A DNA stretch of 64,000 nt from Thermodesulfobacteriota bacterium. GTDB taxonomy: Bacteria > Desulfobacterota > Desulfobulbia > Desulfobulbales > SURF-16. Below are positions 10,763 to 19,739 of the stretch, one piece after another. The translations under genes were made by a program, and so were the position numbers. Below the pieces are notes generated by a model. It was not told the origin of the DNA. It did not search any database and was given only the letters and a program-made list of their open reading frames with translations. Within the stretch, counting starts at the first letter, position 1. Each line of letters begins with the position of its first letter. The stretch spans positions 1-64,000 of the forward strand of contig JBFMAY010000022.1 in NCBI GenBank assembly GCA_040755455.1. The letters run 5' to 3'.

Positions 10763-11452
10763 ATGGCCCTGGTTGAATTGTGCAGCGTGAGCAAAACCTA
10801 CATGGATGGTGAGAGTACGCCTCTCACCGCCTTGCAGGCAACCGATCTGGTCATCGGCAGGGGAGAGTTCGTCTGTCTCGCCGGTCCTTCAGGGGCAGGC
10901 AAGACAACCCTGCTCAATATCATCGGCTGCATTGACCGGCCCACCGCGGGCCGTGTGCTGATTGAGGGCAGGGATAGCGCGACGCTGCGGCGCGGTCAGC
11001 TGGCCGGATTGCGCCGCAAGGCCTTTGGTTTTGTCTTCCAGTCGTTTAATCTTATTGCTGTGCTGAGCGCCTATGAAAACGTGGAGTACGTCCTGTTGCT
11101 CCAGGGTGTGAAACTGTCCGAGCGGCAGCGCAGGGTTGGCGAGGCCCTGGAAAGTGTGGGGCTGGCCCAACTCATGCACAAGCGGCCGGGGCAGCTCAGC
11201 GGCGGGCAGCAGCAGAGAGTGGCTGCGGCCCGGGCCATCGTGGGGCGGCCGCTGATGGTCCTGGCCGATGAACCGACCGCCAATCTGGATTCACAGACAG
11301 GGGAAGGGCTCATTGATCTGTTCTTCACCTTGCAACAGCAGTATCAAACCACCTTTGTCTTCTCTTCCCATGATCAGGCCGTTATCCACCGGGCTCGGCG
11401 CGTCCTTGCCATGCGCGATGGCAGGATTGTGTCCGATGCACGGCCAGCATAG
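10763..11452 (+). CDS. ABC transporter ATP-binding protein, LolD/MacB family
   Basis: GPSGAGKT, FGFVFQSFNLI, LSGGQQQR, LADEPTANLD, SSHD. Confidence 0.95.
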   Translation: MALVELCSVSKTYMDGESTPLTALQATDLVIGRGEFVCLAGPSGAGKTTLLNIIGCIDRPTAGRVLIEGRDSATLRRGQLAGLRRKAFGFVFQSFNLIAVLSAYENVEYVLLLQGVKLSERQRRVGEALESVGLAQLMHKRPGQLSGGQQQRVAAARAIVGRPLMVLADEPTANLDSQTGEGLIDLFFTLQQQYQTTFVFSSHDQAVIHRARRVLAMRDGRIVSDARPA

Positions 11453-11561
11453 CGGCACTGACCGGGGCGAAAGATCAGCCATATGTCTTGGCGATGAGCC
11501 CAGAATGCCTTTAGCAAAAAGGCGGTGTCCGTCCGGCTGGCCAGCATGGCCTTTTTTCCGT

Positions 11562-11966
11562 TTACAGCAGCGAGGCGTGGTCTATTTTCATGCAGCGGTC
11601 CATGACCACGGCCAGCCCGCTGCTCCGGGCCAGCCGGGCCGCCTCCTCATTGATGATGCCCTGCTGCATCCACACGGCTTTGGCCTTGATGGCCACCGCC
11701 TGTTCAACCACCGCCAGCACCTCCTCAGAGCGGCGGAAGATATCCACCACGTCAACCGGCTCAGGGATGTCCAGCAGGCTCGGGTAGCAGATTTCCCCTA
11801 GAATCTCCGTCTGGCCAGGATTAACCGGGATGATGCGGTAGCCCACATCCTGCAGGTAGCGGGCCACCTGGTTGCTTGGCCGGTTTTCCTTTGGGGAAAG
11901 GCCCACCACGGCAATGGTTCGGCAGTTTTTCAGAATAGTGCTGATCTCTTTCATGTCGGCAAGCAT
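11562..11966 (-). CDS. CoA-binding protein (YccU family)
   Basis: TIAVVGLSPKENRPS, GYRIIPVNP, VDVVDIFR, WMQQGI, VMDRCMKI. Start uncertain. Confidence 0.92.
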   Translation of the reverse strand: MLADMKEISTILKNCRTIAVVGLSPKENRPSNQVARYLQDVGYRIIPVNPGQTEILGEICYPSLLDIPEPVDVVDIFRRSEEVLAVVEQAVAIKAKAVWMQQGIINEEAARLARSSGLAVVMDRCMKIDHASLL

Positions 11967-12106
11967 TTCTTGTCTCCCCATGCTGCGGGTTAATGGTAAA
12001 CGATATCCGGGTAGTTGCGTGTTTTATTACTGGCGGATTTTTGCAATTTTTGCAATAGTAGCACTAACTTTTATCTTAATAACTCCTGCTGGGCAGGGAG
12101 GACGAC

Positions 12107-12316
12107 ATGTGTCAGATGAGCGTGGTGTATGAAAAAAACGGGGCCACGGAAACCGTCATGGAAAATGTGACGTATCTTGAGGCGGTAGCCGGCGGCATTC
12201 GGGTCAGCACCCTTTTTGAGGAGCCCAGGGTTGTTGCCGGGGCTTATGTCAGAAAAATTGATTTCATGGGCGGGAAAGTGACCCTGGCCCCTGGTGGAGA
12301 AAAGAAAAATGGCTGA
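12107..12316 (+). CDS. cooT: CooT-family nickel-binding protein
   Basis: 69 aa with Cys at position 2 (MCQMSV), VMENV, LFEE, IDF pattern; GGAGG RBS. Confidence 0.8.
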   Translation: MCQMSVVYEKNGATETVMENVTYLEAVAGGIRVSTLFEEPRVVAGAYVRKIDFMGGKVTLAPGGEKKNG

Positions 12317-12566
12317 CAAGAAAGAGCTGTCCGAGCTGGAAAAACTGCGGGTTCTCATCCCCCATTGGCTTGAACACAGCCACAGCCACCGCCATGAGTT
12401 TGAGAAATGGCTGGCCGTGGCGAAAAATGAGGGGCAGGAGGAGGCGGCCGTTGCCATGGAAAAGGCCTTGCAGAAACTGGCCAAGGCGGATAAGTATCTG
12501 CGCAAGGCTCTGGAGGCCCTGGGCGGAGAGGCGGAGGGCCATCACGGCCACGACCATAACCACTGA
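12309..12566 (+). CDS. CooJ-like His-rich coiled-coil nickel chaperone
   Basis: HWLEHSHSH fits the CooJ motif H(W/F)x2Hx3H; His-rich tail GHHGHDHNH; overlaps the cooT stop. Confidence 0.7.
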   Translation: MADKKELSELEKLRVLIPHWLEHSHSHRHEFEKWLAVAKNEGQEEAAVAMEKALQKLAKADKYLRKALEALGGEAEGHHGHDHNH

Positions 12567-12585
12567 GGCTGATGGCTCGCCTTGC

Positions 12586-13212
12586 TTACTCCTGGAAAAT
12601 GGGCAGCCCGGCTATCTCCATGAAGCTCCGCACATGGTATTCGGCGGCGAGCTCCGGGTTTTTAAAGGCGATCATCCTCATGCCCACGCTGTCGGTGTGT
12701 TGGCGGTCGATGATGGAATCGCCGATGTAGATGGCCTGGTCCACGGCCAGGGCAAAATGGTTGAGAATGGCGTGCAGGGCGTCGGGGTATGGTTTGGGCC
12801 GTGCCACGTCAAAGGCGGTCACCACCTTGCCGAAATAGGGTGACAGCCCGAAGATGTCGAGAATGCTGCGCATGGTGGTGGTGCGGTTGGTGCTGATGGC
12901 CTTTTCGTAACGCGGGGTGAGAAAGTCGAGAAACTCAATCAGGTCCGGTTCCATGTTCATATACTGCAGAAAGGGCTGGTAGTCGAGATCGGCCCGGTAT
13001 TGTTCCGCCTTGTCGATGTCGTCCGGGTAGCGGCGCAGAATGTGACGGACCGAATCCATGACGTTATGGATGTGCACATATTCGAGCTCTTCCTCGTCCA
13101 TGGGGGGATGACCCAGGGCCGCAAGGATGGTGTTGTAGTACATTTTATTGGCGTTTTTTGAGTCAAACATGACGCCGTCGCAGTCAAATATGACAAGTTT
13201 GAGTTCTGGCAT
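12586..13212 (-). CDS. HAD-family hydrolase (phosphoglycolate-phosphatase-like)
   Basis: IFDCDGVMFDS, STN, KPYPD, YIGDSIID. Start trimmed; the upstream ORF extension is repeat-derived. Confidence 0.92.
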   Translation of the reverse strand: MPELKLVIFDCDGVMFDSKNANKMYYNTILAALGHPPMDEEELEYVHIHNVMDSVRHILRRYPDDIDKAEQYRADLDYQPFLQYMNMEPDLIEFLDFLTPRYEKAISTNRTTTMRSILDIFGLSPYFGKVVTAFDVARPKPYPDALHAILNHFALAVDQAIYIGDSIIDRQHTDSVGMRMIAFKNPELAAEYHVRSFMEIAGLPIFQE

Positions 13213-13240
13213 TTTTTCGTTCATTATGGTGGAATTTTCA

Positions 13241-13326
13241 GGAGTCAGGAGCCGGGAGTTTCGAGAAGACAGGAGCCAGAATGACTGATTACTGCCGCAT
13301 TTTTCTGACTTCTGACTTCTGGCTCC
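13241..13326. repeat. Inverted heptamer-array element, copy C (no cargo gene)
   Basis: Left GGAGTCA GGAGCCG GGAGTTT..GAAGACA GGAGCCA; right TGACTTC TGACTTC TGGCTCC. Confidence 0.8.
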
Positions 13327-13364
13327 CCACCCCCTTCTTATCAAACTAAACCTAAAGATAAACC

Positions 13365-14987
13365 ATGACATTGGCAACAGATTTTCTCGTTATCGGCTCC
13401 GGAATCTCCGGACTTTCCTTTGCCCTCAAGGCGGCCCGTCTCGGCCATGTCACCCTGGTCACCAAAAAAAACAGGGTGGACACGGCCACCAATCTTGCCC
13501 AGGGCGGGATCGCCGCGGTCCTGTCCGCCGATGACACCTTTGCCATGCATATCGCCGACACCCTGAAGGCCGGGGCCGGGCTGTGCAATGAAGAGGTGGT
13601 GCGCCTGGTGGTGGAAAGCGGGCCGGAAAGGGTGCGGGAGCTCATGGACCTTGGCGTTGATTTTACCCGCCGGGAGGCCGACAGCGCCATGCTCGATCTG
13701 GGCCGGGAAGGGGGTCATTCGGCCCGGCGCATCGCCCATGCCCGGGATCTCACCGGCCGGGAGATCGAACGGGGGCTGCTGGCAGAGGTGGCGGCCAATG
13801 ATCGTATCACGGTCCTGGAAAACCATCTCGCCGTGGACCTGCTCATTGCCTCCAAGGCGGGCATTGCGGTCAGCGGACCGTTTACGGACCGCTGTCTGGG
13901 GGCTTACATTCTGGACAGGGCCGACAATTCCATCACCCCGTATCTGGCCAAGGTGACTCTGCTCTGCACCGGCGGAGCGGGCAAGGTGTATCTCTTCACC
14001 ACCAATCCCGATATCGCCACCGGCGACGGCATTGCCATGGCTTACCGGGCCGGGGCCAAGGTGGCCAACCTGGAGTTCGTCCAGTTTCATCCGACCTGCC
14101 TCTACCACCCCCTGGCCAAAAATTTTCTCATTTCCGAGGCGGTGCGGGGTGAAGGCGCCCGGCTCATCGACAAAAACGGCACCCCGTTCATGCTGAAATA
14201 CGACCCGCGCGGCGATCTGGCCACCAGGGACACGGTGGCCAGGGCCATCGATTCCGAGATGAAGGCCAGCGGCGATGATAATGTCTTTCTTGACATCAGT
14301 CATAAGCCGGCTGAATTTGTCAGAAAGCGGTTTCCCAATATCCACCGGACCTGCCTGTCGTACGGCATCGATATCACCACGCAGCCGATTCCGGTGGTGC
14401 CTGCCGCCCATTACATGTGCGGCGGGGTGCTGACCGACATCATGGGCCGCACCTCCCTGGAAAATCTCTTTGCCTTTGGCGAAACAGCCTGCACCGGGCT
14501 GCATGGCGGCAACCGGCTGGCCAGCAACTCCCTGCTCGAGGCCGTGGTTTTTGCCCATCAGGCCTTTCTGCAGTGTGAGCGGGACTGGCCGGAACTGCAG
14601 CGGCGCGAGCACCCGCAGGTGACGGACTGGTCGGCCGGCCAGGCCGCTAGAATAGAGGAGTGCGTGCTGATCAGCCACAACTGGGACCAGATTCGCCGGC
14701 TGATGTGGAATTATGTGGGGATTGTCCGTTCGGAAAAAAGGCTGGTCCTGGTGCAGAAGCGCATGCAGCCCATTTTGGCCGAGGTGGCCCAGCACTTCCG
14801 GGATTACCTGTTGACCCCTGATCTCATTGAATTACGAAACATTGCCCTGATGGCGGAACTGATCGTCAGAAGCGCCATGATCCGCAAGGAGTCCCGGGGC
14901 CTGCATTACATGGTGGAATATCCGGCCAGAGACGATGTCAACTGGAAGAGGGATACTGTTCTGCAGAAGAATAATAATAATGGCTGA
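13365..14987 (+). CDS. nadB: L-aspartate oxidase
   Basis: VIGSGISGL, AQGGIAAV, EGGHSARRI, EFVQFHPT, LISEAVRGEG, AHYMCGG, GLHGGNRLASNSLLE, ESRGLHY. Confidence 0.97.
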   Translation: MTLATDFLVIGSGISGLSFALKAARLGHVTLVTKKNRVDTATNLAQGGIAAVLSADDTFAMHIADTLKAGAGLCNEEVVRLVVESGPERVRELMDLGVDFTRREADSAMLDLGREGGHSARRIAHARDLTGREIERGLLAEVAANDRITVLENHLAVDLLIASKAGIAVSGPFTDRCLGAYILDRADNSITPYLAKVTLLCTGGAGKVYLFTTNPDIATGDGIAMAYRAGAKVANLEFVQFHPTCLYHPLAKNFLISEAVRGEGARLIDKNGTPFMLKYDPRGDLATRDTVARAIDSEMKASGDDNVFLDISHKPAEFVRKRFPNIHRTCLSYGIDITTQPIPVVPAAHYMCGGVLTDIMGRTSLENLFAFGETACTGLHGGNRLASNSLLEAVVFAHQAFLQCERDWPELQRREHPQVTDWSAGQAARIEECVLISHNWDQIRRLMWNYVGIVRSEKRLVLVQKRMQPILAEVAQHFRDYLLTPDLIELRNIALMAELIVRSAMIRKESRGLHYMVEYPARDDVNWKRDTVLQKNNNNG

Positions 14988-15003
14988 TGGCCCGTGGCTC
15001 AGC

Positions 15004-16260
15004 TCAAAACAGACCGAAAAATGATTTGTCCTTATCCTCTTCCTTTTTTTCGCTCACTGCTTCTCCGGCAGGAGGGGTATAGCCCTGCACGTCTGCAAAA
15101 TTGCACCGCTGGATGATGGCATCGGTCAGATCGGCGTTGGTCAAGTCTGCCTTGAAAAACATGGTTTTGACCAGATAGCTTCCTTTCAGGTTTGCCCCGC
15201 TTAAATCCGCCTCGCTCAGATTGGCCCAGTGCAGATTGGCCTGGCCCAGGTCGGCATTTTTCACTACAGCGCTGACCAGTATGGCATCCACCAGCCTTGC
15301 CCGGCTGAGCCTGGCCCCTTCCAGGTTGGCATCCTCGAGATTGGCCCCCTCAAGGTTTGCCCCCTCAAGATTGGCGCCGGAGAGGTCGGCATCCTCCAGG
15401 TCGGCCCCGGCCAGTTTGGCACCCGCCAGAGTGGCCTTTTTGAGGTTGGCATTTTTGAGAAAGGCGCCGGAGAGATCGGCGCCGGAGAGGTCGGCTTCTT
15501 CAAGGTCCGCATTTTTCAGGCTGGCATTCTGCAATTTCTGGCTGGTGAGGTCGCAGTGCACGCATTCCTTTTCATCCAGGAGATGGGTCATCTCTCGGGA
15601 AAGGGGAGTGGGCGGGACGGCGTAATCGCTTGTCGGTTCCTCGGCCTTTTCTTCCGCATCACCCCCGAACCAGCCGAATTTCCACCAGCCGTCATTCCTG
15701 GTCCCGGTATCAGGCCGGGAGGGTACGGCGCCGGCGTCAGGGATGACCACGGTGCGGTTGGTCTCCGGCTCCGGAATAACCTCGGACCGCACGCTGCTGC
15801 CCGGCATGGCCTGACCCGTCCCTATGCCGCTGATAACCTGTTGTTCCTGCTCGCCGCCGGCCACGGTAAAGGTGGATTCCATTCCGCCGTCCGGCCGGAA
15901 CATGCGGTAGTCGTCATCCATTTTATAGACGGTAAAACACTGCATTTCGCGGTTGGCCCATTGATCATACCTGATGCAGAGGGTGTTATCCGTGTCCACT
16001 TTCCACTTGCCGTCGGATTTATGGCCAAGGCTGTTGACCGCTGCCACCTTGCCGCTGCCGGACAGGGTGACATCCGCCTCCACCGACTTGTCCCAGCTGA
16101 CGATGTGCAGGGTTTTTTCCGACACAAGTCCCAAAATGTCGTCATAGGAGAGCTGCTTTGCGCCATCCTCGGCCGCATCCTTGACGGTAAGTCTTTTGCC
16201 GCAGCCAGGCAGGACGACAAGCAGGACCAAAAAGAGATAAATAATGTGTTTGCTGTTCAT
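15004..16260 (-). CDS. Lipoprotein with C-terminal pentapeptide repeats
   Basis: Signal peptide with lipobox LPGC; CVHCDL cap followed by a long run of A(D/N)Lxx pentapeptides. Confidence 0.88.
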   Translation of the reverse strand: MNSKHIIYLFLVLLVVLPGCGKRLTVKDAAEDGAKQLSYDDILGLVSEKTLHIVSWDKSVEADVTLSGSGKVAAVNSLGHKSDGKWKVDTDNTLCIRYDQWANREMQCFTVYKMDDDYRMFRPDGGMESTFTVAGGEQEQQVISGIGTGQAMPGSSVRSEVIPEPETNRTVVIPDAGAVPSRPDTGTRNDGWWKFGWFGGDAEEKAEEPTSDYAVPPTPLSREMTHLLDEKECVHCDLTSQKLQNASLKNADLEEADLSGADLSGAFLKNANLKKATLAGAKLAGADLEDADLSGANLEGANLEGANLEDANLEGARLSRARLVDAILVSAVVKNADLGQANLHWANLSEADLSGANLKGSYLVKTMFFKADLTNADLTDAIIQRCNFADVQGYTPPAGEAVSEKKEEDKDKSFFGLF

Positions 16261-16353
16261 GTGATTGGTTCTTGTGCTGAAGTTGAGAAAGTCATAGCGA
16301 ACAATAACTGGCAAAATACCATTAACGTCCGGCCCCGTCAACCGGTCAAACCA

Positions 16354-18487
16354 TCAGGCCGGGCGCTGCAGCATTTTCACCAGCCCATCGATGTCCTTGG
16401 TTGGCAGGCTGCAGGCCAGGTTGCGGCAGACATAGGCGCAGGCCCTGCCGTGCGGCGGAGCAAGATTAGCCAGGGAAGGGATTTTTTCGCCTAAAAATTG
16501 CTGGCCCGGCCCGCCCGTCGGCCACAAGCAGCATGGCCTGGGGCAGAAAAAGGGCGTGGACCGCGGCGATCATGGCCCTGGTGTCCGGGGCCTCGGGCCG
16601 GCCGGCGATAATGATCTGGGCCGGCTTTGCCTGGTAGAAGTCAAGGGCCGCCAGCAGCAGGGGCATGGCCGGCGGATAGCGGTTGATCTGCCCGGCAAAG
16701 GCGGTCATGGTTTTTGCGGCCCTTTCCCGCCAGTCTTCGTCGGCAAAAGGGGCAAGGCGCAGCAGATTCAGGGCTGCCACCGAATTGGCCGCCGGTTCCG
16801 CGCCGTCATGATCATTTTTCATCCGCACCAGCAGCGTCGCATCCTGGTCCGTGGTTTCAAAAAAGCCGCCGGCCGCCTCATCGGCGAATAGCTCGATCTG
16901 CTTGCAGGTAAGCTCGATGGCCTTTTGGAGATACGTGATGGCAAAAGAGGCCTCATACAGGTCAAGCAGACCCTGGATGAAAAAGGCATAATCGTCAAGC
17001 TGGGCGGCAAGGCCGGCCTCGCCCTGCCGGAAGCGGCGCAGCAGTGCCCCCTTTTCCCGGTTAAACAGGGCGGCCAGGATAAAATCCGCCGAGCGCCGCG
17101 CCCCCTGGAGATAGGCGCTGTTGCCGGTGATCTGATAGCCCTTGGCCAGGGCGGAGATCATCAGGCCGTTCCAGGCGCAGATAATCTTGTCATCCAGATG
17201 GGGACGGGGCCTGCTGGCGCGGCGGCTGGCCAGCCGTGCCCTGGAGGCGGCCAGGCTTGCCTCGATGTCATCACGGGTGCTCCCGAATTTTTTCGCTGTT
17301 TCCCCGATGCCGTGGGCCTGGTAGAGAATATTTTTGCCGGTAAATTCGCCGAGCGGGTCCGCCAGGGCATTGCCTGCCTCCTCCACTCCATAGTGAAAGG
17401 TGAAGATTGCCGCGGCCGTCATGCCGAGAATTTCGGTGATTTCCTGGGCCCGCCAGGTATAAAAGGCGCCTTCGCCATGTCTGGCCGGATCATCGGGTTC
17501 GGCGCTGTCCGCGTCCTCGGCGGAAAAAAAGCCGCCCTGGCCATCGGTCATGGCGCGCAGCACATAGTTCAGGGTCTCGGTGGCGATGCCCCGGAAAAAA
17601 GGGTCACCGCTTATCTGGAATGCCTCAAGGTAGGCGACGGCGAGCTGGGCCTGATCATAGAGCATCTTTTCAAAGTGGGGAACCCGCCACTGCTTGTCCA
17701 CCGCATAGCGGTGAAAGCCGCCGCCCAGCACATCGTACATGCCGCCCTCCGCCATGCGGCGCAGGGTGTCCAGGGCCATGGTGCGGGCCTGGCGGTTATC
17801 CCGGTACGCGGCGCAGCGCAGCAGAAAATGCAGGGTCGCCGGCCGGGGAAACTTGGGGGCCGGGCCGAAACCGCCGAACTGCTTGTCGTAGACGCTGCTG
17901 AGCTGGGTCAAAGCGGCGTCAAGCACGTCCGGGGCAACCTCGCCCTGGTCATCGGCGGCTGCCCGGCCCTGCAGATGAGCCGCCACAGACCCGGCTGCCT
18001 CCCTGATGCGGCCGGGGTCGTCCTGCCAGGCCTTGCGCAGCGCCTGCAGCAGGTCGAGAAAACCTGGTCTGCCGTGGTTTTCCCTGGCGGGGAAATAGGT
18101 GCCCGCATAAAACGGGGTGCGGTCCGGCTGCAGAAAAACCGACATGGGCCAGCCGCCGCCCCCGGTCAGGGCAAGGGTTGCCGCCATGTAAATGCGGTCA
18201 ATATCCGGCCGTTCCTCCCGGTCAACCTTGATGGAGATGAAGTAGCTGTTGAGATAGTCGGCGATTTCCTCATCCTCAAAGGATTCATGGGCCATGACGT
18301 GGCACCAGTGGCAGGTGGAGTAGCCGATGGACAGAAATATCGGCTTGTTTTCCTGCCTGGCCCTGGCAAAGGCCTCCTCTCCCCATGGCATCCAATCCAC
18401 CGGGTTATAGGCGTGCTGCTGCAGGTACGGGCTTTTTTCATTAATCAGTCTGTTAGGTGTGGGGGGCTGGAGCGGTGGTTTTTTCAT
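16354..18487 (-). pseudogene. yyaL: Thioredoxin-domain YyaL/SPATA20-like protein with an apparent one-base insertion near the 3' end (real lesion or sequencing error)
   Basis: [53 protein letters not shown]. The in-frame ORF stops at 16466, but the typical AYVC..CSLP tail lies in the next frame and ends at 16354. Confidence 0.75.
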
Positions 18488-18503
18488 GGTGTTGTCCAGG
18501 TTA

Positions 18504-18978
18504 GGGGGCAGAAGTGAGGAGCCAGGAGTCAGGAGCCAGAAGCCAGAAGTTATAGAAGTCAGGAGGAGGCATGAAGCATGGCAGACATATACGACTCCAG
18601 CAATTTGCTGATTTCTTCAAGTTGTCCTTTTAAGTTTTCATTCTCGCCATACCCGAGGTCCTTGGCTAATATCAGGTAATAGCGGCATTCTTCCAATGAC
18701 CCTTGGGCTATATTCAGTAATCGAACTTTGTCCGGTTTTGTTCTTTTTTTGAATCCTTCTGCAATATTGGCGGGAATGGAAACAGCCGCTCTTCTTGACT
18801 GGGAAATTAGTCCGTAAAGTTCGCTCGGCGGGAAAGCACCGCTGTATGCGTAAAGTGCAATAACGAATTCATGTGCCTTTTGCCAGACGATAAGGTCTTG
18901 AAATCGTTTTGCAGGTTGCCTGCTCATTTCGCCTCCCGCTCCTCGTCTTCTGACTCCTGACTCCTGTCTCCTGTCTCC
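18504..18978. repeat. Inverted heptamer-array element, copy D, enclosing the four-helix-bundle gene
   Basis: Left GGGGGCA GAAGTGA GGAGCCA GGAGTCA GGAGCCA GAAGCCA GAAGTTA..GAAGTCA (18504-18561); right CGTCTTC TGACTCC TGACTCC TGTCTCC TGTCTCC (18944-18978). Confidence 0.85.
18559..18927 (-). CDS. Four-helix-bundle protein (23S rRNA IVS / Avd-like family)
   Basis: [58 protein letters not shown]. Visibly AT-richer than neighbouring genes. Confidence 0.95.
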   Translation of the reverse strand: MSRQPAKRFQDLIVWQKAHEFVIALYAYSGAFPPSELYGLISQSRRAAVSIPANIAEGFKKRTKPDKVRLLNIAQGSLEECRYYLILAKDLGYGENENLKGQLEEISKLLESYMSAMLHASS

Positions 18979-19739
18979 TTCCTTTCCAGAACCAGCTCGA
19001 TCGGCTGGTGGTCCGAGCTTCTGATCTGGTAATGACAGGAGGCGGAGACAACCCGCAATCCCCTGATGAAAACATGGTCAAGGACCTGCCCGAAATAGCG
19101 GGAGCGCCGGTCGGGCTGGAAGGTGGCCAGGTCCATGTGCAGGTTGCCGGTCATTTCCCTGAGAAAGGTTGACCGGCTGGCCAGCCAGGTGTTGAAGTCG
19201 CCGCCCAGCAGAATGGGGCCGTCGTGGCTGTCGAGTTCTTTTTCCAGCTGGCGCATCTGGCGCTTGAACTTGTTGATGCGGACAAAATTGATGGCATGGA
19301 CATTGAGCACCAGCAGCTCCCGGCGGGAGAATTCAATGGCATATCTGGTGCCGATGGCCATTTTGGGCAGCCGCACCAGGGGTTCGTAAACCGGGGAGCG
19401 AAGAAAGAAAAGACTGCGGGGGTTGGCCCGGCAGCCGGTCATGACCCCGACGTCGATGGCGTTCAGGCGCTGGGTGAAGCCGGCGGCCAGGTCCCAGCGC
19501 AGATGTGGCGTCTGCTGCATGATATTCAGCATGGCGGGCCGCAGAAAGGCCTCCTGCAGCAGCACCAGGTCCTTGCCCTGCAGCAGTTTCGTGAAATCGG
19601 CGGCCCAGGTGATGTTCTTGGCCTTGTGGATATTCCAGACCAGCACCTCGAAACGGCGGCTGATGGCGGGCTCCGTGGTCTGGCCGAAAGAGGAAAGCAC
19701 ATCGGCGCGTTTCGGAACAATGTGGGTGATACCTTTCAT
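18924..19739 (-). CDS. Endonuclease/exonuclease/phosphatase (EEP) family protein, YafD-like
   Basis: VLVWNIHK, LLQEA, NVHAINF, GGDFNTW, LDHVF, SSDHQP. Start trimmed to MKGITH. Confidence 0.88.
   Translation of the reverse strand: MKGITHIVPKRADVLSSFGQTTEPAISRRFEVLVWNIHKAKNITWAADFTKLLQGKDLVLLQEAFLRPAMLNIMQQTPHLRWDLAAGFTQRLNAIDVGVMTGCRANPRSLFFLRSPVYEPLVRLPKMAIGTRYAIEFSRRELLVLNVHAINFVRINKFKRQMRQLEKELDSHDGPILLGGDFNTWLASRSTFLREMTGNLHMDLATFQPDRRSRYFGQVLDHVFIRGLRVVSASCHYQIRSSDHQPIELVLERKETGDRSQESEDEEREAK

Noticed and set aside
13213..13377. N-terminal extensions of the HAD ORF and of nfo (24217-24387) in the ORF track
   Set aside because: They translate the heptamer elements (SQKSE, RLLTP-type peptides); family homology begins at the downstream Met.
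15100..15540. 15-bp periodic DNA repeats
   Set aside because: Fully explained by pentapeptide-repeat coding.
18504..18978. Heptamer arrays as a CRISPR array or a DGR
   Set aside because: Units are 7 bp with no unique spacers; no cas gene, reverse transcriptase or TR/VR pair is in the window.
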